Below, one piece after another: positions 15,849 to 26,221 of a stretch of 39,375 nucleotides of DNA. The position numbers and the translations under genes are program-made. The stretch's first letter is position 1, and each line of letters opens with the position of its first letter. Below the pieces are notes generated by a model. That model did no database searches. It saw nothing but the letters and a program-made list of their open reading frames with translations, and was not told the origin of the DNA. The DNA lies in IMG/VR virus record IMGVR_UViG_3300036987_000065, positions 1 to 39,375 of that record, one strand, 5' to 3'. This DNA is from a virus. Lineage: Duplodnaviria; Caudoviricetes.

Positions 15849-17491
15849 GGCGCCTCAAAACCAAGAAGGGCGACGAGCTCAAGGCGGTTCGCAAGCGCGC
15901 CGCGAAAGCTTGGCAGACGCGCCGCCGCTACGACACGTTGCTCGATGAGGTCTACCAGTATGTGATGCCCTATCGAACCTCGGGCATCCACAAATCCGGC
16001 GAGGGTCAGAAGCTCACCAATAAGCTGTTCGATGCGACGGGGCCGGAGGCGGCCGCCAAATTCACCGGCCGCATGCAGCAAGAGGTGACGCCGCCGTTTC
16101 AGGATTTCTTTTCGCTCGGACCTGGTCCGCTGCTCAACCGCACGAAAAAGAAAAAGCAACTCGCCGAGGACCTGGCCGAAGTCTCGACGCAAGCCAACTC
16201 GGCGCTGTCGACGTCGAACTTCTCGACCGCCTCGTCGGAGATGTATTCGGATTTCTTCGCCGGCACCGGCGCCATGCTCATGCTCGCCGGCGACGCGCGC
16301 CAGCCCATCCGCAACGTCTCGGTGCCGATCGGCGAGCTCGCCCTCGAGCTTGGCCCGTTCGGTGATATCTGGGGCCGGCATTGGGAGAAATCTTACGACG
16401 CCTGGATGATCCCGGAGATGTGGCCCAAGGGCAAATTCTCCGAGGAGCTCCTGCAGCAGATCAAGCACGAGCAGGACAAGCCCATCGAGATCATGCAGTC
16501 GACGATGTGGAATTCGAAGACGCTGATGCACGAGCTCACCGTCTATCGAAAGGCATCGGCGGCGAAAGGCAAGAGCGGCAATGACGAGGAGCCTTCGATA
16601 TGGGACGAGGGTTTCCTCGCGAGCCCCTGGATCACGCCGCGGTTCTGGTCTGTACCTGGCGAGGCCCTCGGCCGCGGTCCCGGCCTTCTCATGCTGCCGT
16701 TCGTCAAGACACTGAACAAGGCGCGCGAGCTCGAGCTACAGGCGGCCGCGTTGGCTCTGTTCGGCATCTGGACGGCGGTCGACGACAACGTTTTCAATAC
16801 ACAGACGGCGCGCTTCAAGCCCGGCACGTTCTGGAAAGTCGGCTCCAACGGTGGCGGACGTGGTCCCTCGCTGCAAAAGCTAGATGTACCCGGTCGCTTC
16901 GACCTCTCCCGCGTGGCCGTACAAGAGGAGCGCGACCAGGTAAACCGCATCGGCTTCAATCGCCAGCTGCCGCCGGATACGGGCGCGGTACGCTCGCCGA
17001 CGGAGATCATGGCGCGCATCCGCGATCTCGACGTCGACCTCGGCGGCGTCTACGGCCGCGTCGCGCTCGAGATCGTGCACCCGGTCGCGCAGCGTGCGGT
17101 CGACATCCTGGCGACGCTGAAGATCCTCGAAACCAACATCGACATCAATCAGCTGACGGTCGGCCTCACGGTGCTGTCGCCGATCGCCAATTCGCAGAAG
17201 GCGGCGCAGGCGAAGAAAACCGTCGACTACATGCAGATCGTTTCGGCGCTGCTAGGGCCGGAGACGCTCGCGCTCACCATGCGCCTCGAGGACGCCGTGC
17301 CCGATCTTGGTCGCGATATCGGCGTCGCCGAGAAGCATATGCGCGGCACCGATACCGACAAGGCCGCATTCCAGCAAGCCATCATCGAGCGCTGCGCGGC
17401 GATCATGGCCGAGCAGCAAATGGCGCAGATGGGGCACAACGGTGGACCTCCGATGGATGAGCCGTCACCGTCCGGCATGGCATTGCAATGA
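15845..17491 (+). CDS. Portal (head-to-tail connector)
   Basis: 548 aa; LFDATG, GTGAM, PRFWSVPGEALGRGP, RSPTEI and LSPIA motifs of T7 gp8-like portals. Confidence 0.92.
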   Translation: MRRLKTKKGDELKAVRKRAAKAWQTRRRYDTLLDEVYQYVMPYRTSGIHKSGEGQKLTNKLFDATGPEAAAKFTGRMQQEVTPPFQDFFSLGPGPLLNRTKKKKQLAEDLAEVSTQANSALSTSNFSTASSEMYSDFFAGTGAMLMLAGDARQPIRNVSVPIGELALELGPFGDIWGRHWEKSYDAWMIPEMWPKGKFSEELLQQIKHEQDKPIEIMQSTMWNSKTLMHELTVYRKASAAKGKSGNDEEPSIWDEGFLASPWITPRFWSVPGEALGRGPGLLMLPFVKTLNKARELELQAAALALFGIWTAVDDNVFNTQTARFKPGTFWKVGSNGGGRGPSLQKLDVPGRFDLSRVAVQEERDQVNRIGFNRQLPPDTGAVRSPTEIMARIRDLDVDLGGVYGRVALEIVHPVAQRAVDILATLKILETNIDINQLTVGLTVLSPIANSQKAAQAKKTVDYMQIVSALLGPETLALTMRLEDAVPDLGRDIGVAEKHMRGTDTDKAAFQQAIIERCAAIMAEQQMAQMGHNGGPPMDEPSPSGMALQ

Positions 17492-17856
17492 GCGATGAAG
17501 TCGAAGAACCGCGCGCCGGCGATCTCGTCGGCGAAGGCTGGGCCGGGCTCGATGCACTCGACAAGAAATTCGCCAACGCGCCAAAGCTCGAGCCGTCCGA
17601 ATTCGAACGTCTCGCCGGCGTCGCGCAATCGCTGTTCTCGTCCGACCAGGGGCGCCAGGTCCTCGAGTGGATGATCTCGAGCACCCTGCGACGGGCCTCG
17701 GTTCCCGACATCGGCGCCGAGCTCATGCTGATGAAGCCGGAGGACCTCGCCTCTTACGTGATGTGGAACGAGGCGCAAAAGGCATTTGTGTTGCGTCTGA
17801 TCGGCCTGATGGAGGCCGGCAAGCGAACGAAGAAACCGAGGAGAACTAAGCGATGA
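17488..17856 (+). CDS. Bbp19-like phage protein
   Basis: FSSDQGRQVLEWM...NEAQKAFVLRL; position between portal and scaffold. Confidence 0.7.
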   Translation: MSDEVEEPRAGDLVGEGWAGLDALDKKFANAPKLEPSEFERLAGVAQSLFSSDQGRQVLEWMISSTLRRASVPDIGAELMLMKPEDLASYVMWNEAQKAFVLRLIGLMEAGKRTKKPRRTKR

Positions 17857-18785
17857 GAAGCCGTGCCTTTTTGGCGTTCCTGATGTCGACTGCATTCCTC
17901 TACGCTCCCGAAGGCGAGGGCGGAGACGGCGGCGGCGGCGGCGGTGGTGGTGGTGAAGGCGGCAATCCGTTCGGCACGCCAAAGGCCGTCGGCGACGGCG
18001 GCAAGCCCGGCGAGGGTAAGCCCGGCGAAGGCGGCAAGCCCGGCGAGCCCGGCAGCGGCGCGCAGCCGTACTTCCCGCAGAATTTCCCCGATCACCTCCG
18101 CGGCGCCAATGACCGAGAGACCATCGACAAGGTGTTCGGCGCGTTCTCTGGCATGCGCGAGGACATGAGCAAGCGCGGCACGGTTCCGAAGGAAGCGAAG
18201 GACTACAATCTGACGCTGTCCGAGAATGCCGCCAAGGTGCTCGGTCAGGACCTTTCGAAGGATCGGTCGTCGCAGATTTTCCGCAACCTCGCGCACAAGC
18301 ACGGGCTGACCGACAAGCAGGCCTCCGGCATGTTTTCCGAGTTCAATGATGAGCTGCTGTCCGCCGGTGTGATCAAGGTCATCGACCCGCTCAAGGAATC
18401 GAAGCTGATCGCCGGCGACGCTGCCGTCGGTCGGTCGGATGACGAGGTCAAGGAATTGGCGGCGACGCGTTGGCAGACGACCATCGACCAGGTCGACGCG
18501 CTGGTGAACAGCAAGACGGTCTCGAAGGAAGGCGGCGCCGAGCTCAAGAAAATCGCCGAGACCGGCCACGGGCTGCTCGCGCTCGAGGCGTTGATCAAGG
18601 CCACTGGCGAGCACGGGCTGCAGACTGGCGGCGACACGCCGGCGGCCGGCATCACAAAGGCTGATCTCGATAAACGCATCAACGATCCGCGCGCCGATCC
18701 GCGGTCGCCGAAGTTCGATCAGGCGTTCTACGACGAGACCGACCGGCTCGGTCGCGCATTCTACAGCAAGGACAAGGCTGCCTAG
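17853..18785 (+). CDS. Capsid scaffolding protein (putative)
   Basis: Gly/Pro-rich N-terminus, VPKEAKDY and AHKHGLTDKQA motifs; upstream of the capsid gene. Confidence 0.8.
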   Translation: MRSRAFLAFLMSTAFLYAPEGEGGDGGGGGGGGGEGGNPFGTPKAVGDGGKPGEGKPGEGGKPGEPGSGAQPYFPQNFPDHLRGANDRETIDKVFGAFSGMREDMSKRGTVPKEAKDYNLTLSENAAKVLGQDLSKDRSSQIFRNLAHKHGLTDKQASGMFSEFNDELLSAGVIKVIDPLKESKLIAGDAAVGRSDDEVKELAATRWQTTIDQVDALVNSKTVSKEGGAELKKIAETGHGLLALEALIKATGEHGLQTGGDTPAAGITKADLDKRINDPRADPRSPKFDQAFYDETDRLGRAFYSKDKAA

Positions 18786-18789
18786 CCGC

Positions 18790-18821
18790 GAGGGTCCCAT
18801 CGCGGCGGCGCGGGTTAGCTT
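18790..18821 (+). promoter_or_regulatory. 16-bp phage promoter motif, copy 3 (major capsid)
   Basis: GAGGGTCCCATCGCGG-N10-TAGCTT, intergenic, immediately after the scaffold stop. Confidence 0.8.
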
Positions 18822-18949
18822 CTCGATTAACCGAAAAGCAGGACCCGCGCCGGCGAGTGGCACCCGGCCTCACCTCGAGGCGACAGGCCCGTTCCTCCGG
18901 CCGGCAATCGGCCAACGGTGACATCAGCGCCGAATGAGGACGGGAACAA

Positions 18950-19804
18950 ATGTCACTTCAAGTCGAGAATTGGTACAAAGAACGGTACCTCTCCAAGGTC
19001 ACCTACAAATACAAGAACGGCGGCTTTCTTCTCAAGCCGACCGTGACGCCGCCTGCGGAAATGGACGGCAAGAAGCTCTATTTCCCCGTCTCGCTGCCTG
19101 GTCAGGCGACGAAGACGAAGCGCGGCGACAAGGTCAAGCGCATGAACTCCGGCAAGGAGATGAAGGAGGTCACGGCGGAAATCTGGGAAGCCGCCGAGAT
19201 GGTCTACAAGTTCGACATCAACAAGACCTCCGCGACCGAGATGGAGACCAACACCAAGAACGCCTCGGACGCGCTCGGCCAGGCGCACGACGGCATCATC
19301 ATGGGTGTGGTGCACGCCGGCGCCGGCAACTACGGAACGATCGTCGGCGCAAACAACGCTGCTTGGGACCTCGCTAAGGCCCTGACGGCGGAGACGGCAT
19401 TGCGTCAGCGCTGTCAGAACCCGCGCGAAATGGCCTACTGCACGCTGCCCCTGCGCGCGTTCCAGCAGATGATGACGTTCGATCAGTTCAACAACAGCCA
19501 GTACACCGGCGATTACCCGCTCGCGCAGGGAATCATGGCCAAGACCTGGGGCCGCACGCACTACATCCAGGGTTACGACGAGATGTTCAAGTCGACCGGC
19601 GGAACGGGTTTGAGCTTCTACTATTGGTTCCCGCAGGCCATCGGCTCCGGCGATACCGGCGGCATCAAAACCGACATCAATTACATTCCCGATGAGCGCG
19701 GCTGGCTCCACGACAACACGATGGAAGCCGGCGCGTCGGTGCTGCTGCCGGAAGCCATCCAGGAGTGCAAGTTCGACAACGCGAGCGCCATCGCCTTCGC
19801 ATAG
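18950..19804 (+). CDS. Major capsid protein
   Basis: 284 aa after the scaffold; strong RBS and codon bias; ALGQAHDGII and terminal GASVLLPEAI patterns. Confidence 0.85.
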   Translation: MSLQVENWYKERYLSKVTYKYKNGGFLLKPTVTPPAEMDGKKLYFPVSLPGQATKTKRGDKVKRMNSGKEMKEVTAEIWEAAEMVYKFDINKTSATEMETNTKNASDALGQAHDGIIMGVVHAGAGNYGTIVGANNAAWDLAKALTAETALRQRCQNPREMAYCTLPLRAFQQMMTFDQFNNSQYTGDYPLAQGIMAKTWGRTHYIQGYDEMFKSTGGTGLSFYYWFPQAIGSGDTGGIKTDINYIPDERGWLHDNTMEAGASVLLPEAIQECKFDNASAIAFA

Positions 19805-19870
19805 TCACGTCTCGCCGGCGGGCCTGCGTACCGGCCCGCTATTCCCTGATACCAGTCCGAGGATCGGATC

Positions 19871-20149
19871 ATGACTATCACTGTCAACAGCGCGCATCTG
19901 GTCGCGCAAGGTGGCACGACCGGCGCCGGCGGCGACAAGACCGCCCGGCTCTGGATACTCGCTGCCACCGAGAACGCTGCCGCTATCGAAACGGCCGGTG
20001 CGCTCAACGCGTTCGCCGGCCACATGCAGAGGGGCGACATGATCATGGCGTCCATGGTGCGCGGCGGCACGCCCGTCGGTAAGTGCTACATCGTCACCGC
20101 CGCGGACGCGACGTCGATTACGATCGCTCCGTTCGTCGACAACACCTGA
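19871..20149 (+). CDS. Small structural protein (possible capsid decoration)
   Basis: GAGGA RBS; AAIETAGALN...GDMI pattern; follows the capsid gene. Confidence 0.65.
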   Translation: MTITVNSAHLVAQGGTTGAGGDKTARLWILAATENAAAIETAGALNAFAGHMQRGDMIMASMVRGGTPVGKCYIVTAADATSITIAPFVDNT

Positions 20150-20775
20150 TGACGACACGCATCGAGCTCATAAACCGCTCGTTGCAGCGCATCGGCGCAT
20201 CGGCGCTCCAGTCTGAGAGTGCGCCGAACGCCGAGCGTCTCATTCGCATGTACGAGGACAACCTCGAGGAGCTCCTCGGATATAAGCGCTGGCGCTGGTC
20301 TTTCGAAACGGTGCAGCTGAGCCGTGATGCCGAAGGCGAAAAGCACCCCTTCTGGAATTACCGCTACAAGCTTCCGGCCGCGCGCCTCGGCGCTCCTGTC
20401 GCCGTCTTCGACCGCAAGCGCTCCGACCAATCTAACCGGCCAGGAGGCGAGCCGTTCACCGACTATGAGCTTCACGGCGAGCACCTGGTCACGGATGCCG
20501 AGTTGATTTTTGCGCGCGTCCAGAAGAAGCCGCCGATGCACTTCTGGCCGCCGCTGTTCACCGCCTGCCAGCGGCTCCTCGTTTCAGCGGACGCCGCGGC
20601 GATGCTGCATGAGGACGACAAGAAGCGCCTGCAGCTGCGCCGCGAGGCCTTGGGCGATGAGCGCGTGCCGGGTGATTTTGGCCTCATTGGCAAGGCGGCC
20701 GCCGCGGACGCTCAGAACCAGCCGTCCGAGACCATCATGGATGAGGATGGACCGCTGATCGACGTGAGGTACTGA
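20149..20775 (+). CDS. Tail tubular protein A / adaptor (T7 gp11-like)
   Basis: ELINRSLQRIGA...WRWS...WNYRYKLP...WPPLF motifs. Confidence 0.85.
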   Translation: MTTRIELINRSLQRIGASALQSESAPNAERLIRMYEDNLEELLGYKRWRWSFETVQLSRDAEGEKHPFWNYRYKLPAARLGAPVAVFDRKRSDQSNRPGGEPFTDYELHGEHLVTDAELIFARVQKKPPMHFWPPLFTACQRLLVSADAAAMLHEDDKKRLQLRREALGDERVPGDFGLIGKAAAADAQNQPSETIMDEDGPLIDVRY

Positions 20776-23297
20776 TGCGCGTCGCGACACCTCGCATCAA
20801 CTGGTCGAAAGGCGTGATGACGACAGAGGCGGCCTACCGCTTCGATCTCGAGCCTTACTATCAGTGCGCGCTCGATGCCCAGAATGCCGTGCCGTTGCCG
20901 CTGGGTGGTTTCGCGCAGCGCGGCGGTATGCGCACGCGGGCGCGCCTGCGGCGCATGCTGCGCGTGCTGCCGTTGACGTCGGGCATGGTGACGGCGCCGA
21001 ACGGCGGGACGCCGGCTAACCTCGTCGACCAGACATCGGCGACGGAGCTCCGCACGACATCGAATGCCAACAGCGCGTCGCCTTTTGTCGTGGCCTCGAT
21101 TGATCTCGGCGCGTCGACGTCGATTGCCCTCGTCGATGCCCGCGGCTTTCTCTGTCAGACCGGCCAAGCCGGCGGTGCCTTCGCCTGCCAGACCAGCGTC
21201 GACGGGGCCGCCTGGAGTGCCTTTGGCAGTCCCGTTGCCATCCGCTCGGATGCCGCCCGCACGCGGCGGTTTTCCGCCGGCGCCGGCGTGGTGCGCCAGG
21301 CGCGCTATGTTCGGTTTGTCGTGCTCAACGCGCCGGCGATCGGGACCATCGGCATCAAAGATGCGCGGATCCTCGTCGAGACGTCCCGGCGCTCGCCGAT
21401 GCGGCGTTTCAGTTTCACGTTCGGAGCGCGCGAAAGCTACAAGCTGATCGCCACCGACCGCAATATCGACGTTTTTCGCGCGGGGCAGTGGGTCGCGGCG
21501 GTGCCGATCCCGCACCGTGGCGACCAGCTCGAGATCGTGACGCGCACGCAGCGCGACGACTTGATGATCCTCTGGCATCCCGAAGTACAGCCGCACACCC
21601 TATTCCGGCAGGGTGCGCATAGCGAATGGGATAGCTACTCGCAAACCTTCCAGAACGTGCCCGACCTTCCGGCCGGCACGTCGTTCGGCTCTGCGCAGGA
21701 CGAAATCCAAGAAATCCGCCTCGAGGGCGTCGCGGACGGCGATATGCTGCAGGTCCTTGCAGAGGACGGCTACACCACGCTCGTCGCAAAAAGCCAGGTC
21801 GCCGCCACCGTTGCCGCCAATCTCAAGGCCGCGATAGAGGCCTTACCCAACGTCGACAACGGCATCGCCGTCTCCGTGACGGAAGCGACAGCCACCCGCC
21901 TCGTGTTCCAGGTCACCTATTCCGGCGGCACCAACGCCGCCCGTTCATGGCCGCTGACGTGGGTCGACAACCACACACGCGACACGATGAGCATCACCGC
22001 AACGGTTCTGCAGGACGGGCGCGCGGCGACGGGGCAGTTTATGAGCGCGGCGACGGGGTGGCCGCGCTGCGGCGCGTTCTTCCAGGAGCGTTTGATCGTC
22101 GGCGGTTTTAAGCAACGGCCGGCGGGCTGGGCGGGGTCGATCGCCGGCGACTATTTCAACTTCAGCCAGTCGGGGACGATCGTTCAGGGCAGCGGCTTTG
22201 ACGACGTCCTCAACAGCGACGAGCTCCCGACGATTTATCATATCTTCGTCGGGCGCCATCTGCAGTTCTTTACCGAAACCAGCGAGTGGTATCTCTCCGA
22301 TCGCATCATCGACGCGACCGAGACGCGCAACGTCGTCCAGGTCACCCGCAACGGCGCCCGGCCGGGCCTCGAGCCGATCCAGGCAGAAGGCGCGACGCAG
22401 TTCGTGCAGGGGTCAACCGACGATGCGACGGGCGCAATCAGCGGCTTGGCGCTGCGCGACTTCCTGTACTCTGACAGCGGCACCGAGCTCACCTATACCG
22501 CCGACAGCCTGACGCTCCTCGGCTCGCACCTGGTCACCGATATCGTCGACGTCGCCTATCGCCGGGCGGCGCGGCAGCAGGACGCCAATCAGATTTACAT
22601 CGCCAACCGCGACGGCTCCGGCGCGCTGTTGCTGTTCCTGCGTCGCGAGAAAATCCAGGCGCTGGTACCGATCTCGACGCAGGGCAAGCTGCTCGCCTTT
22701 GCCGTCGACGCGACGCGCGACGTCTACGCGATCGTAGAGCGGACCGCCAATGGCCAGACGGACAACTGGCTCGAGGAGCTCGACACCGAATGTTATCTCG
22801 ATGCCACTGAGCGCATAGTTCAGGCGGCATCAAATGTTATCCCGGTCCCTTCGCGCCTCGAGGGTAAAGCAGTCTGGGCGATCGCCGACAACCGCGTCAC
22901 CGGACCTTATCTCGTCGCCGGCGGCGCCATCACGTTACCGTTTGCCGCGAGCGTGATCGATGTCGGGCTGTTTTTCGAGTTCCGCATCGAGACCATGCCG
23001 CTGCGCGTGGTCCTCAACGGCGGCTCTGTCGATATGAAGCCCTATCGCGTCCACACGGTCACGGTCGTTTTCCGCGATACCTCGAGCGCGGCCGTGGGTG
23101 CCAATGGCACTACGCCGCAGCCGGTCATGCTGCGCAGCTTCGGCGAAGACCTCGACGCGCCGCCGATCGCGGCGCCGTCCTCCGGCTCGTACAAAATCGA
23201 AGGCCTCGAAGGCAAAGTCGTCGGGCCGACGACGGTTGTTATTCGGCCGGAGCCCGGTCCGATCTCCGTGGTGGGCCTGTTCATGGAGGCGGCTTGA
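20775..23297 (+). CDS. Tail tubular protein B / nozzle (T7 gp12-like)
   Basis: NWSKGVM, GGFAQRGG, GWPRCGAFFQERL, S..GDYFNF and FFTETSEW motifs. Confidence 0.85.
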   Translation: MRVATPRINWSKGVMTTEAAYRFDLEPYYQCALDAQNAVPLPLGGFAQRGGMRTRARLRRMLRVLPLTSGMVTAPNGGTPANLVDQTSATELRTTSNANSASPFVVASIDLGASTSIALVDARGFLCQTGQAGGAFACQTSVDGAAWSAFGSPVAIRSDAARTRRFSAGAGVVRQARYVRFVVLNAPAIGTIGIKDARILVETSRRSPMRRFSFTFGARESYKLIATDRNIDVFRAGQWVAAVPIPHRGDQLEIVTRTQRDDLMILWHPEVQPHTLFRQGAHSEWDSYSQTFQNVPDLPAGTSFGSAQDEIQEIRLEGVADGDMLQVLAEDGYTTLVAKSQVAATVAANLKAAIEALPNVDNGIAVSVTEATATRLVFQVTYSGGTNAARSWPLTWVDNHTRDTMSITATVLQDGRAATGQFMSAATGWPRCGAFFQERLIVGGFKQRPAGWAGSIAGDYFNFSQSGTIVQGSGFDDVLNSDELPTIYHIFVGRHLQFFTETSEWYLSDRIIDATETRNVVQVTRNGARPGLEPIQAEGATQFVQGSTDDATGAISGLALRDFLYSDSGTELTYTADSLTLLGSHLVTDIVDVAYRRAARQQDANQIYIANRDGSGALLLFLRREKIQALVPISTQGKLLAFAVDATRDVYAIVERTANGQTDNWLEELDTECYLDATERIVQAASNVIPVPSRLEGKAVWAIADNRVTGPYLVAGGAITLPFAASVIDVGLFFEFRIETMPLRVVLNGGSVDMKPYRVHTVTVVFRDTSSAAVGANGTTPQPVMLRSFGEDLDAPPIAAPSSGSYKIEGLEGKVVGPTTVVIRPEPGPISVVGLFMEAA

Positions 23298-23911
23298 TGG
23301 AAATGGCTTTTGCCAGCGCTCTGAGCGGCGGGCTGAGCAGCGTGTTCGGCGCCAGTGCCGCGAGCGCGACGGCGATGCAGGGCGGTGCGACGGCCTTTTC
23401 CGTGTTGAGCCAGATCACATCGGGCCGCATGGCACGCAACAGTGGCGATCAGGCTGCGTCGATGAGCTACTATGCTGCAGACTTCGCGCGCGGCGAGGGT
23501 GAGATCGCCAGCCGCCAGGCTGCTATTGATGCACGCCAGGAGACGATCGCCGGCCGGGCACGCGCCTCGCAGCTCGAGGAGGACCTGGTGCACACGCTGA
23601 GCGGACAGCGCGTCGCTTACGCGGCCGCCGGCGGCGATCCTTTCTCTGGCACTGCGGCACGGATCGCCGAGCAGACGGACCGACGCGGCCAGGAAGACAT
23701 CAAGCTCGAGCGCTCGAATACGGAACTCGCGCGCGTTCAAGCGCTGATCCGCGGTTCGACCGCCAAGCGCAGTTCCGAGATTGCCGCGATGACGCAAGAG
23801 GCGAACGGACGAACCTCCGCCGCTCGCGGCGCCAACCAGGAATTGATCTCGCTCATGGGCGCCGGCGAAAGGGTGTTCAACTACAAAGCCAGCGTCGCGC
23901 AGAGGAAATAA
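23297..23911 (+). CDS. Internal virion / ejection protein (gp14-like)
   Basis: Ala/Gly-rich N-terminus; GQRVAYAAAGGD..SGT motif; position after the nozzle gene. Confidence 0.75.
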   Translation: MEMAFASALSGGLSSVFGASAASATAMQGGATAFSVLSQITSGRMARNSGDQAASMSYYAADFARGEGEIASRQAAIDARQETIAGRARASQLEEDLVHTLSGQRVAYAAAGGDPFSGTAARIAEQTDRRGQEDIKLERSNTELARVQALIRGSTAKRSSEIAAMTQEANGRTSAARGANQELISLMGAGERVFNYKASVAQRK

Positions 23912-23914
23912 CCC

Positions 23915-26221
23915 ATGGCGAACCGACGCATTGAGCGCGTTCCCCTGCCGGCTGCGCCGCAACGGGTCCTCCCGGCTTCGAACGTGCAGGGCGTGCCGAT
24001 GCTGTCGGTCGACGGCCTGGCGCACGCCGCATCGCAAGACGACGGCTCGGCGGAAGTGTTCATGGCCGCGTCGCAGACCTTCGGTCGCGTCGCAAGTACG
24101 ATCGGTCAGATTGCGGACCAGGCCGCAGCGCGTGAAGGCGAGCAGGCCGGTGCGCTCGCCGGCATGGATCGCGAATTTCGCCCGCGCGGCGATGGGACGA
24201 TCTACAGCCGAGCGTATGACGGCGCGGGGCTGCAAACGTTCAAGTCGAAGATGTCGGTCGACGTCACAGCCCAAATGCAAAAGGCCTTCGACGAGAACCA
24301 GGGCAATCCCGAAGGTCTGGGCGCCGCATTCGAGGCGATCAAGGCGGGCTGGCAAGAGACCGCCGACAAGCCCGCGCTAGCGCCGCACATCAAGCCGGAA
24401 TTCGAGGCGCTGTTCAATCGCAACGCCATCGGCTTCATGCGCCAAGCGACGCGCGAATTCCACGAGCGCCAAGATGCGCAGCTGACCGGCGCCCTTGAGG
24501 CCGAGCGCGAAACGCGCACGCGCACGGCCGAGCAGCAAGCCTTTCGGCTCGGCCTCGACGAGACCGCCGACCAGGTGCTCGCCGGCGAGCTCACCGACCT
24601 GCGCAAGCGGCTTGCCGTCGTTGGCTACGATGGGAAGCCGATCGTTGCGCCGGCGACGCAGGTCAAGGTGTTGCGAGATACTGAGACCGGGATCGCCCGC
24701 GCTCGTGTCATGGGTGCATTCTCGCGCCTTCCCGACCTGCAGGCCAGAAGCAAATTCATCAGCGATCTCGAGGCGAAATACCAAGCCGGCGGCGATCGGG
24801 TGCTCGATCTATTCGAGCCGGAGCAGTATCACGCGCTGATCGGCACCCTCACGGCCGCGGCGCGCACCGAGGAGCTCGGCGCCGCGCAGGCGACGCGCCA
24901 GCTGACGCGGCAGCTTAAAGACTTCGGCGACCAGGCCAAGAAAGGCATCGCGCTCTCCGATGCGGACATGTCGGGGCTGAAGGCGCGCGTAGCGTCATCC
25001 GGCAAGCCGGAGCTCGTCGAAGCATTCGATGAGGCGATCGAAACGCTTGGCACCGTGCGCCAGCTGAACACGATGCCGCCGGCACAAATCGAGGCCTGGG
25101 TCGATCAGGAAGGTCAGCGGCAGGCGAAGCAGGGTGCATCGCTGACAACGCGGGACGCCTCCCGCCTCGAGCTCGCGCGCGGCTATCTCAAGAACGCGCA
25201 CACCGAGCTCGCCACCGATATGCTGGGCTTTGCCGCCAAGGCGGGAACGGCGACCGTCGCGCCGATCAACCTCACCGATCCCTCCTCGCTCGCGCAACGC
25301 GATGAGGTGGCGCAGCACGCGGCTGCATTCTACGGGCGTCCAGTGCAGCGGTTCCGGCCGGAGGAAAAGGCGGCGCTGGCGGCCGTCTCGCGCAAGGGTG
25401 GCGATGAGATGTTGGCCGTTGCGTCCAGCATTGCGACCGGCTTCAAGGACAACGCGCCGGCGGCGCTGAGTGAGATATTCGACGAGGCGCCGGCGACGGC
25501 GATGCTGGGCGGCCTGGTCGCGGCAAGCGGCGTCACTCCGCTTGCGCGGGACGCAGCGACCGGTTTCGCATATCGCAGTGCCGTCCGCGATGAAAAGGGC
25601 GGCGGCGCGGGCAAGTTCTACGCCCCATCCGCGAAGGAGGCGCGCGAGGCCGCGCACGACGTATTCGGCGACACCTTCGCCGAGATGCCGAAGTCGGAAG
25701 CTGCCGCGATCGAGATCGCCAACGCCGCATACGAAACGCGCGCGCAGCGATTGAGCAAAGTCGAGTTTGATCCTGAGCTTTACAAGTCGACGCTGCGCGA
25801 GACGCTCGGCGAGCGCACGATCGGGGGTGAGAAGTACGGCGGACTAGTCAATCAGTCGCGCAGCACCGGGTGGTGGAGCGCGTCCGCGACGCAGGCGATC
25901 GTCATCCCGCCTGATGTCAAGCAAGCGAAATGGAATGAGCTTATCGATGTCATCACCGCCGGCGATCTCGATCGCGCCGGGCTCGCTCGGCCGGTCGATG
26001 GAGCAGGGAAAGCCATGCCGACGTCGGCGATCCGCGCCGGCATCCTCGTTCCGATCGGCGATGGAAAGTACGCGGTAGCGATGGGCGATCCGCGCTCGCC
26101 TGGCGAGGAACGTTGGCTAATGTCCAATCCGAACCGGGACGAGAAATTCGTGCTCGACATGAAGATGCTCGAGCCGACCCTGCGCAAGCGCCGGCCTGAC
26201 CTCTATCTCGGGGGGCGCTGA
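23915..26221 (+). CDS. Internal virion / ejection protein
   Basis: 768 aa, Ala-rich helical composition, canonical position. Confidence 0.7.
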   Translation: MANRRIERVPLPAAPQRVLPASNVQGVPMLSVDGLAHAASQDDGSAEVFMAASQTFGRVASTIGQIADQAAAREGEQAGALAGMDREFRPRGDGTIYSRAYDGAGLQTFKSKMSVDVTAQMQKAFDENQGNPEGLGAAFEAIKAGWQETADKPALAPHIKPEFEALFNRNAIGFMRQATREFHERQDAQLTGALEAERETRTRTAEQQAFRLGLDETADQVLAGELTDLRKRLAVVGYDGKPIVAPATQVKVLRDTETGIARARVMGAFSRLPDLQARSKFISDLEAKYQAGGDRVLDLFEPEQYHALIGTLTAAARTEELGAAQATRQLTRQLKDFGDQAKKGIALSDADMSGLKARVASSGKPELVEAFDEAIETLGTVRQLNTMPPAQIEAWVDQEGQRQAKQGASLTTRDASRLELARGYLKNAHTELATDMLGFAAKAGTATVAPINLTDPSSLAQRDEVAQHAAAFYGRPVQRFRPEEKAALAAVSRKGGDEMLAVASSIATGFKDNAPAALSEIFDEAPATAMLGGLVAASGVTPLARDAATGFAYRSAVRDEKGGGAGKFYAPSAKEAREAAHDVFGDTFAEMPKSEAAAIEIANAAYETRAQRLSKVEFDPELYKSTLRETLGERTIGGEKYGGLVNQSRSTGWWSASATQAIVIPPDVKQAKWNELIDVITAGDLDRAGLARPVDGAGKAMPTSAIRAGILVPIGDGKYAVAMGDPRSPGEERWLMSNPNRDEKFVLDMKMLEPTLRKRRPDLYLGGR

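Noticed and set aside
17920-18060. GGC and GGCAAGCCCGGCGA repeats as a separate element
   Set aside because: They encode the Gly-rich and GKPGE low-complexity N-terminus of the scaffold protein.
19818-19839. Hairpin after the capsid gene as an intrinsic terminator
   Set aside because: The GCGGGCC/GGCCCGC stem exists but lacks a U-tract, and downstream genes need read-through.
24187-24202. Additional partial copies of the 16-bp promoter box (also near 3493 and 34030)
   Set aside because: Only about 8-10 contiguous matches, inside CDSs, without a correctly spaced -10; compatible with chance.
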